NCBI GenBank assembly: GCA_963736365.1
Contig: CAVTOM010000007.1
Span: 450,820-514,819, forward strand
DNA: 64,000 nucleotides
Reading direction: 5' to 3'
From: an uncultured bacterium
GTDB taxonomy: Bacteria; Actinomycetota; Actinomycetes; S36-B12
Both the position numbers and the translations under genes were made by a program. Below the pieces are notes generated by a model. It saw only the letters and a program-made list of their open reading frames with translations. It was not told where the DNA came from and did no database searches. Shown here piece after piece: positions 29,242 through 42,470 of the stretch (position 1 is the first letter of the stretch; every line of letters begins with the position of its first letter).

Positions 29242-30319
29242 GTGTTCGAGTCCTGCGTCGACCTCGTCGATGAGTACATGGAAGTCGAGCGCCAGCTCGC
29301 CAATCCCGACGTCCATGGCGACCAGGCCGCGGCGCGCCAGCTCGGGCGCCGCTACGCGCAGCTGCGGCCCGTCGTGGCCGCCTACCGCGAATGGGCGTCG
29401 GCGAGCGGCGACCTGGCGGCGGCGCGCGAGTTCGTGGCCGAGGACCCGTCCTTCGCCGACGAGGTCACTGCGCTGGAGGAGCGCACCGAGGTGGCAGCCG
29501 AGCGACTGCGCACGCTGCTCCTGCCGCGCGATCCGATGGACGACAAGGACGTCATCGTCGAGGTCAAGGCAGGGGAGGGCGGCGAGGAGTCGGCCCTGTT
29601 CGCCGGCGACCTGGCTCGCATGTACATGCGCTACGCCGAGCGACGTGGCTGGACCACGCAGGTCCTCGATGCCGTCGAGTCCGACCTGGGCGGGTACAAG
29701 GACATCTCCATCGCCATGAAGGCCAAGGGCGTTCCGGAGCCCGGGCGACGCACCGTACGCGCGACTGAAGTTCGAGGGCGGCGTCCACCGCGTCCAGCGG
29801 GTCCCGGTGACGGAGTCCCAGGGCCGCATCCACACGTCCGCCGCAGGCGTGCTCGTTCTGCCCGAGGCGGAGGAGGTCGACGTCGTCATCGACGCCAACG
29901 ACCTGCGGATCGACGTCTACCGGTCGTCCGGTCCCGGCGGGCAGAGCGTCAACACGACCGACTCGGCCGTGCGCATCACCCACCTGCCCACGGGCGTCGT
30001 GGTGTCGTGCCAGAACGAGAAGAGCCAGCTCCAGAACAAGGAGTCGGCCCTGCGCATCCTGCGGGCCCGGCTCCTCGCGGTCGCCGAGGAGCAGGCGGCG
30101 AAGGAGGCCTCCGACGTGCGCCGGTCGCAGGTGCGCACGGTCGACCGGAGCGAGCGCATCCGCACCTACAACTTCCCCGAGAACCGCCTCAGCGACCACC
30201 GCGTCGGCTTCAAGGCGCACAATCTCGACCAGGTGCTCGACGGCGACCTCGACGCGGTCGTGGATGCCTGCGTGGAGGCCGATCGGGCCAGCCGGCTGAG
30301 CGAGGTGGGCACGGGCTGA
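29242..30319 (+). CDS. prfA: peptide chain release factor 1, +1 frame break near 29743
   Basis: The RF1 tripeptide context [15 protein letters not shown] and the GGQ motif [13 protein letters not shown] lie in the second frame. The N-terminus ([20 protein letters not shown]) lies in the first. Confidence 0.9.
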
Positions 30320-31312
30320 TGTCGTGGACCGAGGACCAGACGCTCGGCGGTCGGGTGACGGTGCGCGACGTCCTCTTCGACGCGGAGCACCGGCTCGGCG
30401 CCGTGCGCATCCCGTCCCCCTCGGTTGACGCCGCCGAGATCGTGGCGTTCGCCCTCGGCACCACGCGCGGACGGCTGTTCCTCCAGGAGCCGGTGACCCC
30501 CGACCAGAAGGTCCGCATCGAGCAGCTGCTGACCCGTCGGCTCTCCCGGGTGCCGCTGCAGCACATCCTCGGCACCACGGGTTTCCGCCGGATCGAGGTC
30601 GAGGTCGGACCAGGGGTCTTCATCCCGCGCCCGGAGACCGAGCTGGCCACCGAGGCGGGCCTCCGCGAGCTCGCCGCGCAGCCGGCCGGACAGCGGATCG
30701 CCGTCGACCTGTGCGCCGGCAGCGGTGCCATCGCCATCTCGCTGGCCGTCGAGGTGGAAGGGGCCCGCGTCCACGCCGTCGAGCTGAGCGACGACGCGAT
30801 CACGTGGACCCGTCGCAACGTCGCCCGGCTCGACCAGCGCATCACCGAGGCCGGGTCCCGGGTCGACGTCGTGCACCACGACGCCACCACCGTCGCCGAC
30901 CCCGGGCATCCGCTCGCCCGGCTGGCCGGGCAGGTCGCCGTCGTCGTCACCAACCCGCCCTACATCCCCGACCAGATGATCCCGCGCGAGCCCGAGGTCC
31001 GCGACCACGAGCCGCGGATGGCGCTGTACGGGGGAGAGGACGGCCTCGACGTCGTGCGCGGCGTCCTGCGCACCGCCGCCATCCTGCTGCGGCCCGGGGG
31101 GCTGGTCGTGGTCGAGCACGCCGACGTCCAGGGCCCCGCCGCCGGGACCGCGGGCGTGCCGGGCGCCGCGTCGGCCATGCTCGTGGACGCCGACCTCGCC
31201 GCGAGTCACTGGCCCAGCCGGTCGGGACGCCCGGTCTTCGAGTCGGTCGCCGATCGGATCGACCTCAACGGGCTGCCGCGGTTCACCCTCGCGAGGCGGT
31301 GCCGAGCCGTGA
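30319..31312 (+). CDS. prmC: release-factor glutamine N5-methyltransferase; probable +1 break near 31295, so the native stop (TGA 31310-31312) is out of frame as assembled
   Basis: LQHILGTTGFRRIEVEVGPGVFIPRPETE, DLCAGSGAIA, and the catalytic NPPY (VVTNPPYIP). The ATG at 30319 overlaps the prfA stop (TGATG). Confidence 0.8.
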
Positions 31313-31979
31313 CGCAGCGCATCCCCTGCGCCGACGGCGCGCACCGCGACCGCGCGGTGGCCGCAGGCCTGCGCGGCCGTCCGGCGCGGCGACCTCGTCC
31401 TCATCCCCACGGAGTCGGTGTACGCGCTGGCGACGGATGCCTTCTCCCGCACGCGGCGTCGCGGCGCTGCGCGAGGCGAAGGGCTACGACGCGCACGTGC
31501 CGCTGCCGGTGATGGTGGGTGCACGCGCCGACGGTGCCCGGCATCGCCGCCCGCGTCCCGGACGACGCGCGAGCCCTCATGGAGGCGTTCTGGCCCGGAC
31601 CGTTGACGTTGCTCCTCTCGCCGGCGACGACCCTCGCCTGGGACCTGCCGATCCGACGCGGCGCTCGCCGTGCGCATGCCGCTGCACCCGGTCGCGCTCG
31701 CGCTGCTGGCCAGGTCGGGGCCCCTGGTGGTGACGACCGCGAACCTGCCCGGCATGCCGGCCCCGGTCGACGTCGACGACGCGCTCGACGCAGCTGGGCG
31801 AGTCGGTCGGCCTGGCCCTCGATGCCGGCGACCTGACGGACCCGGCGGCGCTGCCGAGCACCGTCGTCGACGTCACCGGCGACGCGCCCGTCGTGGTGCG
31901 GATCGGCGAGATCGCCGCCGAACGGCTGCGGGCGGTGTGTCCGCATGTGATCGGCGGGGACGACCCCGCCACCGCGTAG
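31309..31979 (+). CDS. tsaC: L-threonylcarbamoyladenylate synthase (Sua5/YwlC/TsaC family), five +1 frame breaks (about 31365, 31454, 31517, 31648, 31790)
   Basis: A sensible sequence appears only by stepping +1 five times: ..VRRGDLVLIPTESVYALATDAFSRT / AALREAKGYDAHVPLPVMVG / ..ARVPDDARALMEAFWPGPLTLLL / VRMPLHPVALALLARSGPLVVTTANLPG / QLGESVGLALDAGDL..STVVDVTG. The stop is at 31977-31979. Confidence 0.7.
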
Positions 31980-32021
31980 AGTGACGTCGCGCGCAGCACC
32001 GGCTCCACGAGAGGAAGACGC

Positions 32022-33290
32022 ATGAACAGCACGCCGTTCTGGGGACCCGACTTCGACGAGCTGGCCGCGGAGGACCCCGAGATCGCGTCGATCGTGCTGT
32101 CGGAGCTGGACCGCCTGCGCGGCGGACTGCAGCTGATCGCCAGCGAGAACTTCACCTCGCCGGCCGTGCTCGCTGCGCTGGGCTCGACGCTGAGCAACAA
32201 GTACGCGGAGGGCTACCCGGGGCGCCGGTACTACGGCGGCTGCGCCGAGGTCGACCGCGCCGAGGTCATCGGCATCGAGCGCGCCAAGGCGCTGTTCGAC
32301 GCCGACCACGCCAACCTGCAGCCGCACAGCGGGGCGAGCGCGAACATCGCGGCCTACGGGGCCTTCGTGATGCCCGGCGACACCGTGCTGGCGATGAGCC
32401 TGCCGCACGGCGGCCACCTGACCCACGGCTCCAAGGTCAACTTCTCGGGCAAGTGGTTCGACATCGTGTCCTACGGCGTGCGCCAGGACACCGAGCTGAT
32501 CGACTACGACGAGGTTCGGGCGATGGCCCTGCAGCACCGCCCGAAGATGATCATCACGGGCGCCACGGCCTACCCGCGCCTGATCGACTTCGCGGCCTTC
32601 CGCGAGATCGCCGACGAGGTCGGCGCCATCCTCATGGTCGACGCGGCGCACTTCATCGGCCTCGTGGCGGGCAAGGCCATCCCCAGCCCGGTGCCGTACG
32701 CCGACGTCGTCACGTTCACCACGCACAAGGTCCTGCGCGGCCCCCGCGGCGGCATGATCCTGTGCAAGGAGGAGCACGCGGCGGCGATCGACAAGGCCGT
32801 GTTCCCGATGATGCAGGGCGGCCCGCTCATGCACGCGGTCGCGGCCAAGGCGGTCGCGCTGAAGGAGGCGTCGACTCCGGCCTACCAGGAGTACGCGGCG
32901 CAGGTCATCGCGAACGCCCAGGCGCTGGCGGCCGGGCTGGCCGCCGAGGGCATGCGTCCGGTCAGCGGCGGCACCGACACGCATCTGGCGCTGATCGACA
33001 TCCAGTCGCTGGGAGTCACCGGCGACGTGGCCGAGACGCGCTGCGACGCGGCCCGCATCACCCTGAACAAGAACGCCATCCCGTACGACCCGCAGCCGCC
33101 GTCGAAGGGCTCCGGCATCCGGGTCGGCACGCCGGCCGTGACGACGCAGGGGATGACGCAGGACGACATGGCCCAGGTGGCCGCCTTCATCGGCCGGGCC
33201 GTGCGCGACTCCGACGGATCCGATGCGGCCGCGGTCGCGGAGGGCGTGACCGAGCTGGTCACCCGACACCCGGCGTACCCGCGGGGCTGA
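32022..33290 (+). CDS. glyA: serine hydroxymethyltransferase
   Basis: [35 protein letters not shown] and the PLP site [12 protein letters not shown]. The frame is intact. Confidence 0.95.
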   Translation: MNSTPFWGPDFDELAAEDPEIASIVLSELDRLRGGLQLIASENFTSPAVLAALGSTLSNKYAEGYPGRRYYGGCAEVDRAEVIGIERAKALFDADHANLQPHSGASANIAAYGAFVMPGDTVLAMSLPHGGHLTHGSKVNFSGKWFDIVSYGVRQDTELIDYDEVRAMALQHRPKMIITGATAYPRLIDFAAFREIADEVGAILMVDAAHFIGLVAGKAIPSPVPYADVVTFTTHKVLRGPRGGMILCKEEHAAAIDKAVFPMMQGGPLMHAVAAKAVALKEASTPAYQEYAAQVIANAQALAAGLAAEGMRPVSGGTDTHLALIDIQSLGVTGDVAETRCDAARITLNKNAIPYDPQPPSKGSGIRVGTPAVTTQGMTQDDMAQVAAFIGRAVRDSDGSDAAAVAEGVTELVTRHPAYPRG

Positions 33291-33297
33291 CCGCCGC

Positions 33298-34428
33298 ATG
33301 CGCGAGTACCTGCTGTGCCTGCTGGCCGCCGCGGCGGTCACGTACCTGCTGACCCCTCCGGTCCGGGCGCTGGCACTGCGGTTCGGCTTCATGGCCGCGG
33401 TGCGCGATCGCGACGTCCATGACTCCCCGACCCCGCGCCTGGGCGGCCTGGCGATGGTCGGCGGCCTGCTCGCAGGCCTCCTGCTGGCCAGCAAGCTTCC
33501 GCTGATGCGCTCGGTCTTCGAGCAGTCCGACACCGCGCTGGCGCTGCTGTCCGGCGTGGCGATCATCGTCGCGCTGGGCGTCATCGACGACCGGTGGGGC
33601 CTGGACGCGCCGACCAAGCTGGCCGGGCAGGTGCTCGCGGCGGGCGTCATGGCCTTCCAGGGCATCGCTGTCATCTGGCTGCCGATCGGCGGCACGTTCG
33701 TCCTCGATCCCGATCACCAGCGTGCTGTTCACCGTGATCATCGTGCTCGTCAGCATCAATGCCATCAACTTCGTCGACGGGCTCGACGGGCTGGCGGCCG
33801 GCATCGTCGCGGTGGCGGCGGGAGCGTTCTTCGCGTACTCGTACCTGCTCTCGGTCGAGCTCGGCTTCGAGCGGGCGACCCTCGCCACGCTGGTGTCCGT
33901 CCTCCTCGTGGGGATGTGCCTGGGCTTCCTGCCGCAACAACTTCTTCCCGGCCCGGGTGTTCATGGGTGACACCGGCTCGATGACCCTGGGCCTGCTGCT
34001 GGCCGCGGGCACCATCACGCTGTCGGGCCAGGTCGATCCCAGCGCCGTGGCCGGTGGCACGCTGTTCCCCGCGCTGCTGCCGGTGCTGCTGCCGATCGCG
34101 GTCATGGCCGTGCCGCTGATGGACCTGATGCTCGCGGTCGATCCGTCGCACCCGGGCCGGGCGCAACCCGTTCGCGCCGGACAAGCAGCACCTGCACCAC
34201 CGGCTGCTGGAGATGGGGCACTCGCAGGTCCGGGCCGTCCTGCTGATGTACGCCTGGACCGCCCTCATCGCCGGGACCGCGGTCGCGGTGGCCTTCGTGC
34301 CCCTGGGCTACGCCGCGATCGGCTTCCTGGTGGGCCTGGGCCTGCTGATCTTCGCGGTCCGGCGCCCCGGTGCCGCCGGCGCCCGCCGAGGTACGGCCGC
34401 TGCGGACCGGGACGGGCGCCTGACGTAG
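33298..34428 (+). CDS. wecA: UDP-GlcNAc:undecaprenyl-phosphate GlcNAc-1-phosphate transferase (glycosyltransferase family 4, WecA/Rfe), three +1 frame breaks (about 33710, 33937, 34140)
   Basis: VHDSPTPRLGG, GVIDDRWGL, NAINFVDGLDGLA, NFFPARVFMGDTGS, PFAPDKQHLHHRLLEMGHS. Pieced together from ORFs 33298, 33722, 33759 and 34213. Confidence 0.8.
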
Positions 34429-34512
34429 CGCACCCGGCGCCGTGAGCAAGGCCACTCCCGTTGGGCCGTCAGCGGTTTGGGGGACTCGCGCGGGGTGCGA
34501 TAGCGTCAATGC

Positions 34513-34917
34513 GTGCCCTCGAACGACTCCCTCGTCCTGCGCCGGGCCGCCATGATCACGCTGGCGGTGGGCGTCATCTGCACCGTGGTCGGGACCGTCG
34601 TGGCGGGGTCGAAGGGGCTCCTCGCCGGCGTGCTCGGGACGGTCATCGCGGTGACGTTCTTCGCGGTTGGCCAGTACATCGTCGGACGCACGCTGCGCAC
34701 GAGTCCGGACACCGCATTCATGACCGCCCTGGTCGTCTACATGGGCCAGATTCTGGTGCTGTTCCTGCTCCTGCTGCTGCTGCGCGAGGCCACCTTCTTC
34801 GCGCCCAAGGTGTTCGCCTCGACGATCATCGCGTGCGCCCTGACATGGATCCTCGCGTCGGCCGTCGCGACGTGGCGCACCAAGATCCTGTACGTCGATC
34901 CGGAGGCCCGACCGTGA
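34513..34917 (+). CDS. ATP-synthase-operon-associated small membrane protein (AtpI-like, 4 TM)
   Basis: 134 aa with four hydrophobic segments. It sits immediately upstream of atpB, like Rv1303 in M. tuberculosis. The assignment rests on position and topology only. Confidence 0.5.
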   Translation: MPSNDSLVLRRAAMITLAVGVICTVVGTVVAGSKGLLAGVLGTVIAVTFFAVGQYIVGRTLRTSPDTAFMTALVVYMGQILVLFLLLLLLREATFFAPKVFASTIIACALTWILASAVATWRTKILYVDPEARP

Positions 34918-35222
34918 GCGCCCCCCGGACGTCTGGCAGCCGCTCCGGATGGTACGGTTCGGGCGCGCGAAGGCGGACCGTCACGATGGACGATGCCCGG
35001 AGGATGTCCGACTCGGCGTGGGTCACCAGCAGTCGTCTCATGGCGGGCCTGATCCTCTACACCGGCCTCGGCTGGCTGGTGTCCAGGTGGATCGGTCACC
35101 AGGCGCTGCTGATGGCCATCGGGGCGATCGTGGGACTTGCACTGTCGTACTACCTCGTGTTCTCGAGCCTCGCCAAGGAGACTCGGGACGACGAGGTGCG
35201 GCAGGGTCAGGACACACCGTGA
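34914..35222 (+). CDS. AtpZ/ATPase_gene1-like small membrane protein (2 TM)
   Basis: GTG 34914 overlaps the preceding stop (GTGA). The motif LMAGLILYTGLGWLVSRWIGHQALLMAIGAIVGLALSYYLVF resembles the PF09527 pattern. The true start may be the internal ATG (MDDARR). Confidence 0.45.
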   Translation: MSAPRTSGSRSGWYGSGARRRTVTMDDARRMSDSAWVTSSRLMAGLILYTGLGWLVSRWIGHQALLMAIGAIVGLALSYYLVFSSLAKETRDDEVRQGQDTP

Positions 35223-35264
35223 CAGTCGGAACGAGCTCGGTCTTGCGGGGCATGGAGGAGCCTG

Positions 35265-36093
35265 GTGTCATCTGAGAGAGTGGTCGCGTCAGGCGGCCTG
35301 GACTGCCACCTGATGTCCGGGTGCGGATTCCCCGCTCCCGGCGCTGAGATCTTCCAGTTCGACGCGGTCTTCACGTTCACGATCGGCAGCCTCGAGTTCC
35401 ACATCTCCAAGATCACGATCCTGCTGTTCCTCTGCGTGATCCTCATCCTCGCGTTCTTCATCTACGCCTTCCGCAGCCCGAAGCTCGTGCCGCGGGGCGC
35501 CCAGAACGTCGGCGAGATGGGCTACCTGTTCATCCGCGACGGCATCGCCCGCGAGGCGATGGGCAAGGAGGGCGACAAGTTCGTCCCCTTCCTGTTCTCC
35601 TTCTTCTTCCTGGTGTGGCTGTGCAACTTCATGGGGATCGTGCCCTTCGCCCAGATCCCGGTCACGTCGATCTTCGCGATCCCGGTGGCCTTCGCGCTCA
35701 TCGTGTACGTGACCTGGGTGCCGATCGGCATCTACCGAGCAGGGCTTCGGCGGGTTCTTCAAGAACATGATGTTCCCGCCCGGCGTCCCGAAGGCGATGT
35801 ACGTGCTCCTGGCCCCGCTGGAGTTCATGTCCAACATCATCGTCCGCCCGGCCACGCACGCCATCCGTCTGTTCGCCAACATGTTCGCCGGCCACCTGCT
35901 GATCGCATCCTTCAGCGTGGCGGCCTTCTACCTCATCAGCGCCAGCGTCGTCGGCATCCTCGGGTCGGTGGCCTCCTTCGCCGTCGCGATCGCCCTGACC
36001 GCCTTCGAGGTCCTGATCCAGGCGCTGCAGGCCTACATCTTCACGCTGCTCGCAGCCGTCTACATCGCAGGCGCGCTGCACGCGGAGCACTGA
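35265..36093 (+). CDS. atpB: F0F1 ATP synthase subunit a, +1 frame break near 35735
   Basis: C-terminal half: PATHAIRLFANMFAGH (essential Arg) and LQAYIFTLLAAVYI. The N-terminal TM segments are in the frame of ORF 35265. The start is uncertain (an ATG at 35313 is also possible). Confidence 0.85.
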
Positions 36094-36417
<324 letters not shown>

Positions 36418-36466
36418 CCGTCACCGTCACGGTCTCGTCCACTGATCGATCTGGGAAGGTCACGTC

Positions 36467-37066
36467 GTGATTAACGTCATTGCCGCAGCCAGCTCCGTGC
36501 TCGCCGCGTCGGGCGCCGAGGGCGAGGAGATGCCCTCCGTCCTCTCGGTCCCGATCGATGAGCTGATCATCGGCATCATCGCGTTCATCGTGGTGTTCGG
36601 CGGCCTGGCCAAGTTCGCGCTGCCGGGGATCAAGAAGACCCTCGAGGAGCGCACGAACGCCATCGAGGGCGGCATCGAGCGCGCTGCCAACGCCGAGGCC
36701 GAGGCCAAGGCGCTGGCAGAGGAGTACCGGGCGCAGCTCGCTCAGGCGCGCGAGGAGGCCTCGGCCATCCGCACGCAGGCGCAGGCCGACCGGTCGGCCA
36801 TCATCGAGGAGGCCCGCAGCGAGGCGCGTGCGGCCGCGGCCCAGGTCACGGCCCAGGCCGAGGCCCAGCTGGCGGCCGACCGCTCGCAGGCGACCTCCGC
36901 GCTGACGCGGCAGATCGGCGAGCTCTCGGTGACCCTCGCGGGCAAGGTGGTCGGGCAGTCGCTCACCGACGACGCCCGCGTCCGCCAGACCGTCGAGGAC
37001 TTCATCGCCGACCTCGAGCGCCAGGCCGCCGGCTCCGCCGCGGGCCAGGCGGACGGGCAGGCGTGA
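36467..37066 (+). CDS. atpF: F0F1 ATP synthase subunit b
   Basis: One N-terminal TM segment, then a long Ala/Glu/Arg-rich helix. Position is between atpE and atpH. Confidence 0.8.
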   Translation: MINVIAAASSVLAASGAEGEEMPSVLSVPIDELIIGIIAFIVVFGGLAKFALPGIKKTLEERTNAIEGGIERAANAEAEAKALAEEYRAQLAQAREEASAIRTQAQADRSAIIEEARSEARAAAAQVTAQAEAQLAADRSQATSALTRQIGELSVTLAGKVVGQSLTDDARVRQTVEDFIADLERQAAGSAAGQADGQA

Positions 37067-37879
37067 TGCTCGGATCCAGTCGCGACAGCCTCGCTGCCTG
37101 CCAGGAGGGCCTTGACGCCCGCCGGCAGGAGCCGGGCTTCGCGCTGCTCGCCGGCGAGCTGTTCGCCGTCGCCGACGTCCTCGACCGCGAGGGGCAGCTG
37201 CGCACCACGCTGGCCGACTCGGGCCAGCCGCACGTCGTGCGCGACGGCCTCGTCCAGCAGCTGTTCGCCGGCAAGATCAGCGACCTCGCCGTCGACTGTC
37301 GTGAGCCATGCCGTGGACCAGCGCTGGTCGTCCGACATCGACCTCGTCCTCGGGCTGGAGCAGCTCGCCGACCAGGCGGCCTTCACCGTCGCCGAGGCCG
37401 ACGGGACGCTGGACGCCACCGAGGAGCAGCTCTTCCACTTCGGACGGGCACTCGACTCCTCCTCGGCCCTCCAGATGACCCTCACGGACCCGGCCCAGTC
37501 GTCGGCGACGAAGGCCGCGATCGTGCGCCGACCTCCTTCGCGGTCGCGCCACCGGAGCGACGCGGCAGGTGCTCGAGTACGCGGTGGGCCACCTGCACGG
37601 CCGCCGCATCGACTCCGTCGTCGACGAGCTCTGCGGCCTCGCCGCGAAGCAGCGCGAGCGCGTCGTCGCCGAGGTCCGGGTGGCCGCACCCCTGGACCCC
37701 ACCCAGCAGCGCCGGCTCGCCGACGCCCTGACCCGGCTGAAGGGCCGCACGGTGCGGCTCAACGTGGCCGTCGATCCGGCCGTCCTGGGCGGCGTCCACG
37801 TCACGCATCGGCGACGAGGTCATCGACGGCACCGTGGCCTCACGCATGGACAGGCGCTCGCCGGGCCCTGCTGGGCTGA
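37063..37879 (+). CDS. atpH: F0F1 ATP synthase subunit delta, four +1 frame breaks (about 37298, 37527, 37803, 37855)
   Basis: Pieced together from three frames: ..[21 protein letters not shown] / [24 protein letters not shown] / [43 protein letters not shown] / [16 protein letters not shown] / ARRALLG. The stop is at 37877-37879. Confidence 0.75.
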
Positions 37880-37949
37880 CGAGCACACCGACACACCTCA
37901 CCATCCGACAGGCGCCCGCCCCGCGGGCCGAGAAAGAGAGCAGGACACC

Positions 37950-39586
37950 ATGACGGAGCTGACGATCCGGCCGGAAGAGATCCGGGATGCGATCGAGCGG
38001 AACGTCGCGGCGTACTCGCCGGGCACCGCCCGCGAAGAGGTCGGCCGCGTCATGGAGACCGGCGACGGCATCGCGCGCGTCGAGGGCCTCCACTCGGCCA
38101 TGACGAACGAGCTGCTGGAGTTCGAGGGCGGCCTGCTCGGCGTGGCCCTCAACCTCGACGTGCGCGAGATCGGCGTCGTGCTGCTCGGCGACGGCTCCAA
38201 GATCGAGGAGGGCCAGGCGGTCCGCCGCACCGGCGAGGTGCTCTCGGTCCCGGTCGGCGACGGCTTCATGGGCCGCGTGGTCGACCCCCTGGGCAACCCG
38301 ATCGACGGCCTCGGCCCGATCGTCGCCGAGGGGCGCCGTGCCCTCGAGGTGCAGGCGCCGACGGTCGTCCAGCGCCAGCCCGTCAAGGAGCCGATGCAGA
38401 CCGGCATCAAGGCCATCGACGCGATGACCGCCATCGGGCGCGGCCAGCGTCAGCTGATCATCGGCGACCGCCAGACCGGCAAGACCGCCGTCTGCCTCGA
38501 CACGATCCTCAACCAGCGCGAGAACTGGAAGTCCGGCGACCCGAAGAAGCAGGTCCGCTGCATCTACGTCGCCATCGGCCAGAAGGGCTCGACCATCGCC
38601 TCGGTGAAGGGCGCCCTCGAGGAGTACGGCGCGATGGAGTACACCACCATCGTCGCCGCCCCGGCGTCCGACCCCGCCGGCTTCAAGTACCTGGCGCCCT
38701 ACACCGGCTCGGCCATCGGCCAGCACTGGATGTACCAGGGCAAGCACGTCCTCATCGTGTTCGACGACCTGTCGAAGCAGGCCGAGGCCTACCGCGCCGT
38801 GTCGCTCCTGCTGCGCCGCCCGCCGGGCCGCGAGGCGTACCCCGGTGACGTCTTCTACCTGCACAGCCGCTTGCTCGAGCGCTGCGCGAAGCTGTCCGAC
38901 GACCTCGGCGCGGGCTCGATGACGGGGCTGCCGATCATCGAGACCAAGGCCAACGACGTGTCGGCGTACATCCCGACCAACGTCATCTCCATCACCGACG
39001 GACAGGTGCTTCCTGGAGTCCGACCTGTTCAACTCCGGTGTCCGTCCGGCCATCAACGTCGGCATCTCGGTGTCCCGCGTCGGCGGCTCGGCGCAGCCCA
39101 AGGCGATGCGCAAGGTCGCCGGCAGCCTGCGCCTGAACCTCGCCCAGTTCCGCGAGCTCGAGGCGTTCGCCGCCTTCGGCTCCGACCTCGACGCGGCGTC
39201 GAAGGCGCAGCTCGAGCGCGGCGTGCGCCTGGTGGAGCTGCTCAAGCAGCCGCAGTACCAGCCGCAGTCGATGGAGCGCGAGGTCGTGTCGGTGTGGTCC
39301 GGCACCATCGGGCGCCCTCGACGACGTCCCGGTCGAGGACATCCGCCGGTTCGACGCCGAGTTCCTCGACTTCCTCGATCGCAGCAAGCCCGAGGTGCTG
39401 GAGTCCATCCGCAGCACCACCGAGCTGTCCGACGACACCGTGTCGGTGCTGCAGGGCGCCATCGGCGAGTTCAAGAAGCAGTTCACCACCACTGCCGGTC
39501 ACCTGCTCGTCAACGACGAGCCGGTGGCCGCGGTCGCCGACGAGGAGATCGACCACACGCAGATCAAGCGGGCGGTGCGGGGCTAG
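37950..39586 (+). CDS. atpA: F0F1 ATP synthase subunit alpha, two +1 frame breaks (about 39006, about 39310)
   Basis: Walker [11 protein letters not shown], then [31 protein letters not shown] / [26 protein letters not shown]. Confidence 0.95.
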
Positions 39587-39591
39587 CCGAC

Positions 39592-40502
39592 ATGGGCGCA
39601 CAACTGCGGGTCTACCGGCGGCGCATCAAGTCCGTGCAGGCGACCAAGAAGATCACGAAGGCGATGGAGCTCATCGCTTCGTCGCGCATCGTGAAGGCGC
39701 AGCAGCGCCTCGAGGCGTCGCTGCCGTACCTCACGCACCTGTACGCGGCCATCAACGCGGCCGCCACGGATGCGACCGACGTGTCGAAGCACCCGCTGAT
39801 GGCCAACACCGAGAACCGCACCAAGGCGGCGGTGCTCGTCGTCACGGCCGACCGCGGCCTGGCGGGCGCCTACTCGTCCAACGCCATCAAGGAGGCCGAG
39901 GCGCTGACCACGAACCTGCGCGAGAAGGGCATCTCCGTGGTGCCCTACGTCGTGGGCCGCAAGGGCGTCTCGTACTACCGGTTCCGCGAGCGCGACATGG
40001 GCGGGGAGTACACCGGCTTCACCGACCAGCCGACCTACGCCGACGCCAAGGCGCATCGGCGAGGACCTGCTGGCCGCCTTCATGACCCCGACGGAGGAGG
40101 GCGGCGTCGACGAGATCCACATCGTCTACACGCACTTCCTCTCGATGGTCTCGCAGGAGGCGCGGATCCGCCGGATCCTGCCGCTCGAGGTCGTCGACGA
40201 GGTCGATCGTGAAGGAGGAGGGCGCGCAGCCGTCCGCCCTCTACGAGTTCGAGCCCGACGCGGAGACCGTCCTCGACGGGCTGCTGCCGCGCTACATCGA
40301 CCACACCGTCTACACCGCGCTGCTCATGTCTGCGGCGTCCGAGCACGCCGCCCGCCGGCGTGCGATGAAGTCCGCCACCGACAACGCCGAGGACATGATC
40401 AAGTCGCTGTCCCGGCAAGCGAACCAGGCACGCCAGTCCGAGATCACCCAGGAAATCAGCGAGATCGTCGGCGGCGCAGACGCGCTGTCAGGCGCGCGCT
40501 AG
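39592..40502 (+). CDS. atpG: F0F1 ATP synthase subunit gamma, two +1 frame breaks (about 40054, about 40207)
   Basis: N-terminus [33 protein letters not shown]-terminus [47 protein letters not shown]. Confidence 0.9.
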
Positions 40503-40516
40503 GAGAGGGAACGCAG

Positions 40517-41969
<1,453 letters not shown>

Positions 41970-41975
41970 CCGACC

Positions 41976-42392
41976 ATGGCTGACGGAGAGAAGGTCCTCA
42001 ACGTCGCGGTCGTCTCGGCCGAGCGTGCCCTGTGGTCCGGTCAGGCGAAGTCCCTGGTGGCGAAGACGCCCGAGGGTGACATCGGCATCCTGCCGAACCA
42101 CGAGCCGGTGCTCGCGCTGCTGGTGGAGAGCCCGCTGCGGATCGAGGAGCTCGACGGCAGCCGACTGGTCGTCGCCGTGCACGGCGGGTTCTTCTCGGTG
42201 TCAGGCAACGAGGTGAACGTCATCGCCGAGGTGGCCGAGCTCGCCGAGGACATCGACCTCGAGCGGGCACAGGCTGCCCTCGCGCGCATCCAGGCCGACG
42301 GCCAGGTCACCGATGACGAGGCCTCAGCGCTTCGCCGGGCGGAGACCCGGATCCAGGTCGCCGGGATCGCGAAGGGCGTCCACACCCGCTAG
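41976..42392 (+). CDS. atpC: F0F1 ATP synthase subunit epsilon
   Basis: LNVAVVSAERALWSGQAKSLVAKTPEGDIGILPNHEP. Position is after atpD. Confidence 0.85.
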   Translation: MADGEKVLNVAVVSAERALWSGQAKSLVAKTPEGDIGILPNHEPVLALLVESPLRIEELDGSRLVVAVHGGFFSVSGNEVNVIAEVAELAEDIDLERAQAALARIQADGQVTDDEASALRRAETRIQVAGIAKGVHTR

Positions 42393-42402
42393 CCCCACCA
42401 CC

Positions 42403-42470
42403 CTCGTTGAGTGGCGGGACGTGGACGTGGGCGACCGGCGTGTCGCGCGCACAAGTCGCCACTCAACGAG
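42403..42470. terminator. 14-bp perfect inverted repeat with a 40-nt loop between the convergent atpC and adenosyltransferase genes
   Basis: ctcgttgagtggcg (42403-42416) pairs with cgccactcaacgag (42457-42470). The loop contains the direct repeat ggacgtggacgtgg. No U-tract is present. Confidence 0.4.

Noticed and set aside
29700-29800. The prfA frameshift was considered as a programmed +1 frameshift, like the one in prfB.
   Set aside because: Programmed frameshifting is known for RF2 (prfB), at a CUU UGA site with an upstream SD-like element, not for RF1. Here there is no in-frame stop or slippery site at about 29743, and dozens of unrelated genes show the same kind of break.
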